A stretch of 25,669 bases of DNA from a virus. Its lineage: Duplodnaviria; Caudoviricetes. Made by a program: the position numbers and the translations under genes. Shown piece by piece: positions 18,339 to 23,961 of the stretch (position 1 is the first letter of the stretch; every line of letters starts with the position of its first letter). The stretch spans positions 1 to 25,669 of IMG/VR virus record IMGVR_UViG_3300007541_000186; one strand, written 5' to 3'. The notes beneath the pieces are model-generated. The model did not search any database, was not told the origin of the DNA, and saw only the letters and a program-made list of their open reading frames with translations.

Positions 18339-18749
18339 ATGACTAAGCACGTTGACTTTGATCGTTATGTTGAATTCGTTGATGAAGTAACTTCTGATGC
18401 TTCTAAAGAATTTCTTGCACTATCTGATCGCCTTGTTGAGCTTGACTCTAAAGGTGCCAATATTGAACGACTGCTTACTGCTGGGGTTGGCATTAATGCT
18501 GAAGGCGGTGAGTTTCTTGAGATCATTAAGAAGATGGTGTTCCAAGGTAAGCCTTGGAATGATGACAATCGAGAACATCTTATTATTGAGCTGGGTGACA
18601 TCATGTGGTATGTAGCTCAAGCTTGTAATGCTCTTGGTGTTTCTTTTGATGATGTAATTTCTACAAACGTAAACAAGCTACTTAAGCGTTATCCAGGAGG
18701 AGAGTTCAATGTCTTCTATTCAGAAAACCGAGCTGCAGACGACCGATAA
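18339..18749 (+). CDS. mazG: MazG-like nucleotide pyrophosphohydrolase
   Basis: GINAEGGEFLEIIKK...IELGDIMWYVAQAC...NVNKLLKRYP; follows gp41 as in cyanomyoviruses. Confidence 0.93.
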   Translation: MTKHVDFDRYVEFVDEVTSDASKEFLALSDRLVELDSKGANIERLLTAGVGINAEGGEFLEIIKKMVFQGKPWNDDNREHLIIELGDIMWYVAQACNALGVSFDDVISTNVNKLLKRYPGGEFNVFYSENRAADDR

Positions 18750-18885
18750 AATTTATCACGTCTACAAAGAAAAAGAAGTAGTTGCTCACAATATTTCTAA
18801 AGAGGATCTAGATTTAATCTATGATCCTCAGCAACATGAGTATGAGGAACTTGAAATAAATAAGTATATTGATGCATCATACTGA
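18709..18885 (+). CDS. Small hypothetical protein, 58 aa
   Basis: Hand translation MSSIQKTELQTTDKIYHVYKEKEVVAHNISKEDLDLIYDPQQHEYEELEINKYIDASY; GGAGGAG SD just upstream, inside mazG. Confidence 0.6.
   Translation: MSSIQKTELQTTDKIYHVYKEKEVVAHNISKEDLDLIYDPQQHEYEELEINKYIDASY
18855..18862 (+). promoter_or_regulatory. Late promoter candidate AATAAATA upstream of tRNA-Ser
   Basis: NATAAATA 32 nt upstream of the tRNA 5' end. Confidence 0.5.
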
Positions 18886-18894
18886 TGCTTTTTT

Positions 18895-18980
18895 GGAAGA
18901 TTGGCCGAGTGGTTGATGGCGATAGTCTTGAAAACTATTAACGTTAATAGCGTTCCAGGGTTCGAATCCCTGATCTTCCT
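18895..18980 (+). tRNA. tRNA-Ser (TGA)
   Basis: Acceptor ggaagat/atcttcc; anticodon arm atagt-ctTGAaa-actat; long variable arm; T arm caggg-ttcgaat-ccctg; CCA not encoded. Confidence 0.95.
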
Positions 18981-19000
18981 TTGAATCTATCTCTATTTGT

Positions 19001-19162
19001 ATGAAAATTAATCTTTGGTATTGCGAACAAATGAAACAATGGAGATGGACTCTTACTGACGATCATCGCCCCATTGTTCGCCAAGAATCTGGTCAACGTC
19101 CAGATCTCCGTGACGCAATGAATGATGTAGCAAACACAGTAGAATATATGCTGGGGAATTAG
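19001..19162 (+). CDS. Small hypothetical protein, 53 aa, between the two tRNAs
   Basis: Hand translation MKINLWYCEQMKQWRWTLTDDHRPIVRQESGQRPDLRDAMNDVANTVEYMLGN; stop codon lies within the first 10 nt of tRNA-Ala. Confidence 0.7.
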   Translation: MKINLWYCEQMKQWRWTLTDDHRPIVRQESGQRPDLRDAMNDVANTVEYMLGN

Positions 19163-19225
19163 CTCATTTGGTAGAGCGCCTGCTTTGCACGCAGGAGGTA
19201 AGGGGTTCGACTCCCCTATTCTCCA
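19153..19225 (+). tRNA. tRNA-Ala (TGC)
   Basis: Acceptor ggggaat/attctcc with the G3:U70 alanine identity pair; anticodon arm cctgc-ttTGCac-gcagg; T arm agggg-ttcgact-cccct; CCA not encoded. Confidence 0.96.
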
Positions 19226-19242
19226 TTAACCAATAACGCAAA

Positions 19243-19536
19243 ATGAAAAATTTCAAACAGCTAAGACAAGAAACTCTTCGTGAGCGTTATATTCAAAAGG
19301 AAGTATTTCAAGAAGGTGACTACATTATGTCTGTAGTTACTGGGGAGAAAGGACGTATTCATCGTTCTGGAACTAATTATGTGATCGCAATCACAGAAGG
19401 TGGTGACATGTTCCGTGCGTGGGTAAAGGATATCCGTGAGGTTAATGTCAGTGAAAACATAAATAAAGAAAGGAAAAAAAGTATATTCTTTACAAATGGA
19501 CAGACAGAAACCAACGACAACAGTTCGTCATTATGA
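19243..19536 (+). CDS. Hypothetical protein resembling the C-terminal domain of cyanophage cytidyltransferase-like proteins
   Basis: LRERYIQKEVFQEGDYI...GRIHRSGTNYVIAITEGGDMFRAWVKDIRE; family resemblance is from memory and unverified. Confidence 0.6.
   Translation: MKNFKQLRQETLRERYIQKEVFQEGDYIMSVVTGEKGRIHRSGTNYVIAITEGGDMFRAWVKDIREVNVSENINKERKKSIFFTNGQTETNDNSSSL
19458..19465 (+). promoter_or_regulatory. Late promoter candidate CATAAATA
   Basis: NATAAATA 30 nt upstream of ATG 19496. Confidence 0.55.
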
Positions 19537-20476
19537 TGACTTTACTAAAGCACTAATTGATTCAACCGCTGCTTATCTTGGTGGTGAAAAAGTAGTTTCC
19601 GAAGAAGGTATTCCTACACTTCCTAAGAAAGAAAATGCTGACACAACTGCAAAGAAAGATCCGAAGGCTGGTGCAGCTCCTGCAGATCCTGCAGTAGATC
19701 TTCGCACTGGATCTGGTATCAAGCAATCACATGGTGCTACTATTCGCAACACAACTATTCTTGCTAAGGAAGAGAAGTGCAAGAAGTGTGGTAAAGAACC
19801 ATGCTGCTGTGATGAAGAAAAAGAAAGTGTAAAGGAATCCTCATGTGGTTCTTCTCACTCTGGCATGAAGAAAGAAAAGAAAGAAAAGAAAGAAGAAGTA
19901 AAAGAAACCCGTAGCTTTGAGCTTGATGGTGTTACCTACGTTTTTGAAAAGGTAGCAATGGACGGTAAGGATGACAATGGATTTAAGTCATGCTGGAAAG
20001 GATATAAGAAGCAAGGAACTAAGGTAAAGGGTGGTAAAGAAGTTAATAACTGTGTAAAAGCAGGTGATGAAGTTAATCATGATGGCGAAGAACTTCAGGA
20101 GAAATCGGTAAGCAAAGCACAGCAACGCTTTATGGGCATGGTTCATGCTAAGAAGAAAGGTGAGATGAAGGGTGGTTCTGAAGAAGTAAATAAAGCTGCT
20201 AAGTCAATGACTGGCAAAGAAGCTAAGAAGTTTGCTTCTACTAAGCACAAAGGTCTTCCTGAAAAGAAAATGAAGAAGGAAGATTATGATCTTGCTGAGA
20301 AGAAGCTTGATCCCGTAGGTAAAGAAGATAAGGATATTGACAATGATGGCGATCATGATAAGTCAGATAAGTATCTTCTTGCTCGTCGTGGTAAGGTAAG
20401 CAAAATTATTGCTGCCAAGAAAAAGATGAAAGAAGAAGCAGAACTTCGTCAGGAGATTGAAGAAGAAAAAAAGTGA
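19496..20476 (+). CDS. Lys/Glu-rich modular late protein (probable internal head protein) with a DUF3008-like segment
   Basis: Modules: CKKCGKEPCCC; SCWKGYKKQGTKVKGGKEVNNCVK; KSVSKAQQRFMG...FASTKHKGLPEK (DUF3008-like); DKDIDNDGDHDKSD (EF-hand-like). Preceded by a late promoter. Confidence 0.7.
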   Translation: MDRQKPTTTVRHYDDFTKALIDSTAAYLGGEKVVSEEGIPTLPKKENADTTAKKDPKAGAAPADPAVDLRTGSGIKQSHGATIRNTTILAKEEKCKKCGKEPCCCDEEKESVKESSCGSSHSGMKKEKKEKKEEVKETRSFELDGVTYVFEKVAMDGKDDNGFKSCWKGYKKQGTKVKGGKEVNNCVKAGDEVNHDGEELQEKSVSKAQQRFMGMVHAKKKGEMKGGSEEVNKAAKSMTGKEAKKFASTKHKGLPEKKMKKEDYDLAEKKLDPVGKEDKDIDNDGDHDKSDKYLLARRGKVSKIIAAKKKMKEEAELRQEIEEEKK

Positions 20477-20502
20477 AGGGGGCAACCGTTGAGGTGATGC
20501 CC
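20451..20502 (+). promoter_or_regulatory. Candidate programmed -1 ribosomal frameshift signal
   Basis: Internal SD AGGAG 20451-20455; in-frame A_AAA_AAG 20467-20473 immediately before TGA; hairpin gggca-acc-gttga-ggt-ga-tgccc 20480-20502. Confidence 0.6.
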
Positions 20503-20598
20503 GAAATTCCAAATCAAGCTGACGATACAGATGGAAATAAAAAGAAGAATAAGAAATATATTCTTCGTGCTTTGAAAAGTCAAGAAAAAGATAAATAA
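20473..20598 (+). CDS. 41-codon -1-frame ORF (frameshift extension of 19496..20476, or a GTG-started small gene)
   Basis: VKGATVEVMPEIPNQADDTDGNKKKNKKYILRALKSQEKDK*; fills the gap up to the next late promoter. Confidence 0.55.
   Translation: MKGATVEVMPEIPNQADDTDGNKKKNKKYILRALKSQEKDK
20590..20597 (+). promoter_or_regulatory. Late promoter candidate GATAAATA
   Basis: NATAAATA upstream of SD GGAGGA (20625-20630) and ATG 20635. Confidence 0.55.
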
Positions 20599-20634
20599 AG
20601 GGGGAGACCCAAAACAAAACACACGGAGGATATC

Positions 20635-20805
20635 ATGGGCGTAGTAGTAGAGGTTCTAAAACCAATTATTCTTGCTGCAATGAATTCTTGTCATACTAAG
20701 CGTCTTGTAGTTGAACTACTTGAGCGTTATGTGAAGACCACCGATAATGATATCGATGATCTAATTGCAGGATCTGTAAGAACAGCACTTCTAAAGAACT
20801 GCTGA
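20635..20805 (+). CDS. Small protein, 56 aa, with TDNDIDD motif
   Basis: Hand translation MGVVVEVLKPIILAAMNSCHTKRLVVELLERYVKTTDNDIDDLIAGSVRTALLKNC; strong SD, own late promoter and own terminator. Confidence 0.8.
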   Translation: MGVVVEVLKPIILAAMNSCHTKRLVVELLERYVKTTDNDIDDLIAGSVRTALLKNC

Positions 20806-20831
20806 TTTTTAAAATTACAATAAGATTCTTG

Positions 20832-20854
20832 GGGGAGGTGACTCCCCTTTTTTT
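20832..20854 (+). terminator. Intrinsic terminator with GNRA loop
   Basis: ggggag-gtga-ctcccc followed by T7. Confidence 0.85.
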
Positions 20855-20861
20855 ATAAATA
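20854..20861 (+). promoter_or_regulatory. T4-type late promoter TATAAATA
   Basis: Exact gp55 consensus, intergenic, directly after the terminator and upstream of SD GGAG and ATG 20898. Confidence 0.85.
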
Positions 20862-20897
20862 TTTCTTAGATATAAAGTAAATCATTGGAGAAGTTAA

Positions 20898-21476
20898 ATG
20901 TCTCTGTACGGTAGAACCGACTCAAATACAAACAAAACGAAAGCTGGGCGTGGCGTTGGTTCGTCATCACAAGCAAAAGAAATTATCTTTGTAGATAATA
21001 CAGAAGCTGCACTTGCAGAAAACAAGAAGCGTGGTATCAACGCTCCTGGTTGGTGGTCATATTTCACTTACACCGATGGTGAAGGTCACACTCGCCACAA
21101 AGCAGAACATCTTGTAACTATTGCAGGTCCAGATCTTAACGCTAACGAGACTCAGCCAGATGATGCTGTAGCAGCAGACGTTGCAGTTGTTATTACTATC
21201 AACACTCAACCTCTCACTCAAGCGGTTGCTCTTGGTGCTCCTCTGCAACTACTGGTTAGTGCTATCTCCACACCTCCTGGTGATGCTTCGCTCCTCACTT
21301 ATCAATGGCAGAAGAAAGATGGTCGCCGTTGGGTTAACATCGGAGCAAATCTGCCTAGCTATGATGTTGCTACCTATGCTGCTGAAAATGCTGGTGATTA
21401 CAGAGTTAAGATTAACTCCACCAATGGTGCTACAGAAGTAATCTCTGCTACAGCAACTGTTACAACTGCTCCATAA
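20898..21476 (+). CDS. Probable virion structural protein with a C-terminal Ig-like domain
   Basis: C-terminal ITINTQP...LQLLVSA...LTYQWQK...AENAGDYRVKI...SATATVT is an I-set Ig pattern; late promoter upstream. Confidence 0.8.
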   Translation: MSLYGRTDSNTNKTKAGRGVGSSSQAKEIIFVDNTEAALAENKKRGINAPGWWSYFTYTDGEGHTRHKAEHLVTIAGPDLNANETQPDDAVAADVAVVITINTQPLTQAVALGAPLQLLVSAISTPPGDASLLTYQWQKKDGRRWVNIGANLPSYDVATYAAENAGDYRVKINSTNGATEVISATATVTTAP

Positions 21477-21482
21477 TAATAT

Positions 21483-21839
21483 ATGTTATTTGATGAGTTG
21501 ACGAAAGATAATTGGATCATGTTTGCAATAAAACATTATGATAATCCGACATCGGTAACGTATGAGGATTTTGAACAAGATTTGAATCGATTCAAATACA
21601 TTAAAAAATTATTCAAAAGATATGAAACAAGCGGTGAATTGAAAACTCATCTTATTCTAAATCATATTATTCTCATGTATAATGCTTTTGATGATGCCGC
21701 TACGCCTCTTTTATTTTTTAAAATAGAAGCAACGTATTGGCCATTATTGAAGGCATTTCTACTGTTCCTAAATAGATTACCAGAACCCCTTAACGATAAC
21801 ATCAATCAAGAATGTCTGAAGCAACTGAATCTAATTTGA
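21483..21839 (+). CDS. Conserved T4-like phage hypothetical protein
   Basis: MLFDELTKDNWIMFAIKHYDNP...EDFEQDLNRFKYIKKLFKRY...LILNHII.MYNAF; clean ORF in the late block. Confidence 0.8.
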   Translation: MLFDELTKDNWIMFAIKHYDNPTSVTYEDFEQDLNRFKYIKKLFKRYETSGELKTHLILNHIILMYNAFDDAATPLLFFKIEATYWPLLKAFLLFLNRLPEPLNDNINQECLKQLNLI

Positions 21840-22531
21840 ATGAAATGATGGCAGGAGATGGATCTGCATTGTCCATGCCACCAGCATTTGTGTTCGTCAA
21901 ACCACGATCACATAGAGCTTATAAGAAAGCAAATAAGGATTATATTGACGGACGTTCAAAGGGAGCAAAAAGTTTACTCTCTCGCATCAACCGAAGAAAG
22001 AAAATGAAAGAAGAATTAGAAAACTTAATTTCTGAAGCGGCTCCCTCGGAAACCGAGAGAGCCCAGAAACAGATTACACAACAGAAGAAACTAAACCGTG
22101 CTAAGGATCTCCAGAAAAAGAGAGCCGAAGCAAAGGCTAAAATGCAAAGCAAAACTAAGGAGATGGACACCTTAGTTAAAGCTCGTTTGTCTGACTTCAA
22201 AAAGAAGGCAGCACAACAACAGCAAAAAGTCCAGAAAAACTCTTATGAACCCCAAGGTGAAATTATGAATGAATCAACAACTACTGTAGACGCTCTTGAA
22301 GTTGCACTTCGTGTGGCTACATCTGAACTAAACCCAAGTGGCGAAACTGAATTTGCTAAGATTACTTTTGGTGACGGCACTCAACAGAATCTTGACAACT
22401 TCTCTGCTAAGCGTATCGCTGCTGCCTATGCTCAACTTGACGATGCCAATAAAGATAAATATCGTTATATGCTGAATAAAGATGCTGTTACATTCCAGAG
22501 TGCTCTTGAGTTTGCGGTAAAGAACGTTTAG
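21812..22531 (+). CDS. Hypothetical late protein with a central coiled coil
   Basis: 239-aa ORF; Q/K-rich helical middle; CTAAATA late-promoter-like site at 21768-21774; exact start uncertain (21812 or 21845). Confidence 0.7.
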   Translation: MSEATESNLNEMMAGDGSALSMPPAFVFVKPRSHRAYKKANKDYIDGRSKGAKSLLSRINRRKKMKEELENLISEAAPSETERAQKQITQQKKLNRAKDLQKKRAEAKAKMQSKTKEMDTLVKARLSDFKKKAAQQQQKVQKNSYEPQGEIMNESTTTVDALEVALRVATSELNPSGETEFAKITFGDGTQQNLDNFSAKRIAAAYAQLDDANKDKYRYMLNKDAVTFQSALEFAVKNV

Positions 22532-22543
22532 TAGGATAGATAG

Positions 22544-22969
22544 ATGTTTAATAACAAAGAAGTCGCAAAACTTGATGTATTGGAATCTAAATTAAACATC
22601 TATGAGTCGTTATCCAGGGAGATGCTAGACAAGTTAGAAACAGCAGTGGACAAAATATCCGATGCCAATCAACATATTGCTACCATCCTTACTAAGCATG
22701 ATGAAAAAATTGAACAAAGCGTTAAGACAGATGAACTCATTGTCAAGATGATTGACGATGTTAAAGAGTCCAACACAAAGGAACATGCTGCTGTTATCAA
22801 GAGATTGGAAACAGTAGAAGCAAGCATTGCTGAGTTATCTAAGTTTAAATGGCAGGCGGCAGCTCTCGTGGGTGCCGCCGTTTTGCTGGTCGGAATCGTG
22901 GTTCCATTTGTTGACAACCTCATGCCGATGCACTATAATGGGGGGAGCGAGCACTCCCTTCGTAAATGA
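22544..22969 (+). CDS. Coiled-coil protein with a C-terminal transmembrane helix
   Basis: Heptad-rich N-terminus followed by KFKWQAAALVGAAVLLVGIVVPFV. Confidence 0.75.
   Translation: MFNNKEVAKLDVLESKLNIYESLSREMLDKLETAVDKISDANQHIATILTKHDEKIEQSVKTDELIVKMIDDVKESNTKEHAAVIKRLETVEASIAELSKFKWQAAALVGAAVLLVGIVVPFVDNLMPMHYNGGSEHSLRK
22911..22939 (+). promoter_or_regulatory. Perfect sigma70 consensus TTGACA-N17-TATAAT for primase/nrdA
   Basis: TTGACA 22911-22916, TATAAT 22934-22939, inside the 3' end of the upstream gene. Confidence 0.8.
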
Positions 22970-23961
22970 GTTACATTGACATTAAGTACATCAACTTAGT
23001 TTCGCCACAGCTTCAATTATTTTCAAAGAAGAAATCTGATCTCTACAACTTTAGGTGTCCCTATTGTGGAGATAGTCAGAAGTATAAAAACAAAGCAAGA
23101 GGATACTTCTTCAAGAAGAAAAACGATATTGTTTTTAAGTGCCACAACTGTGGTGTAGGAAGAACGTTTACTAATTTCTTGAAGGATCAAAGTCCATTGC
23201 TATATGATCAGTATGTCCTTGAGAGATACAAGGAAGGACTTACTGGCAAAGGATCTCAAACACCAAATCCCAAGTGGAATTTTCAGGAACCAAAGTTTAT
23301 CAGCAAACGTGAAAATTCTTTAGATTTGAAAAAGATCTCAGAACTAAATACTACACACCCAGCACGGGAGTATTTGGAAAACAGAAAAATTAAATACTTA
23401 GATCGATTTTATTACTGTCCTAAATTTAAAGAATGGACTAACTCTCAAGTAAAAATTTTTGATACTTTGAGAAAAGATAGTCCGAGGATTATTATCCCAC
23501 TTAAGGACCAAGAGGGAAAACTATTTGGATACCAAGGGAGATCGCTATCTCCTAAAGCAAAGATTAGATACATCACAATCATGCTTGATGAATCAAAACC
23601 AAAAGTATTTGGTCTTGATAGAGTAAAAACTGATGAGGTTGTTTATGTTACCGAAGGACCATTCGACTCCACTTTCCTTAGCAATAGCATTGCTATGTGC
23701 GGTAGTGATGTTGACCTTAGCAAATTTGATTGTAAATTCGTATTCGTCTTCGACAATGAACCGAGAAACAGAGAAATCGTATCTAAGATTGCTAAGACCA
23801 TCGAGCAAGGTTATCCAGTAGTTATCTTCCCCAAGAACATTATGGAGAAAGATATCAATGATATGGTCATGGCTGGACATGACGTGCAAAGTGTGGTAGA
23901 ATCGAATACCTACCACGGACTAGAAGCAAAACTAAAACTATCTGAATGGAAGAAAGTATGA
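22966..23961 (+). CDS. gp61: DNA primase gp61
   Basis: Zinc finger FRCPYCGDS...FKCHNCG; YQGRSL; TOPRIM motifs VTEGPFDS, FDNEPRN, KDIND. Confidence 0.96.
   Translation: MSYIDIKYINLVSPQLQLFSKKKSDLYNFRCPYCGDSQKYKNKARGYFFKKKNDIVFKCHNCGVGRTFTNFLKDQSPLLYDQYVLERYKEGLTGKGSQTPNPKWNFQEPKFISKRENSLDLKKISELNTTHPAREYLENRKIKYLDRFYYCPKFKEWTNSQVKIFDTLRKDSPRIIIPLKDQEGKLFGYQGRSLSPKAKIRYITIMLDESKPKVFGLDRVKTDEVVYVTEGPFDSTFLSNSIAMCGSDVDLSKFDCKFVFVFDNEPRNREIVSKIAKTIEQGYPVVIFPKNIMEKDINDMVMAGHDVQSVVESNTYHGLEAKLKLSEWKKV

Noticed and set aside
19471-19482. A-run aggaaaaaaagt as a second frameshift site fusing 19243..19536 to 19496..20476
   Set aside because: The downstream gene is in the +1 frame, not -1; AAAAAAG is out of phase; the downstream gene has its own late promoter.
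19866-19906. aagaaagaaaagaaagaaaagaaagaagaag as a tandem repeat or array
   Set aside because: Low-complexity Lys/Glu coding sequence (KKEKKEKKEE) with no spacer structure.
22943-22958. gggag-cgagca-ctccc hairpin as an SD-occluding switch or terminator before primase
   Set aside because: GGGAG is about 18 nt from the ATG, there is no T tract, and the predicted start near 22946 would cut the stem; too weak to call.
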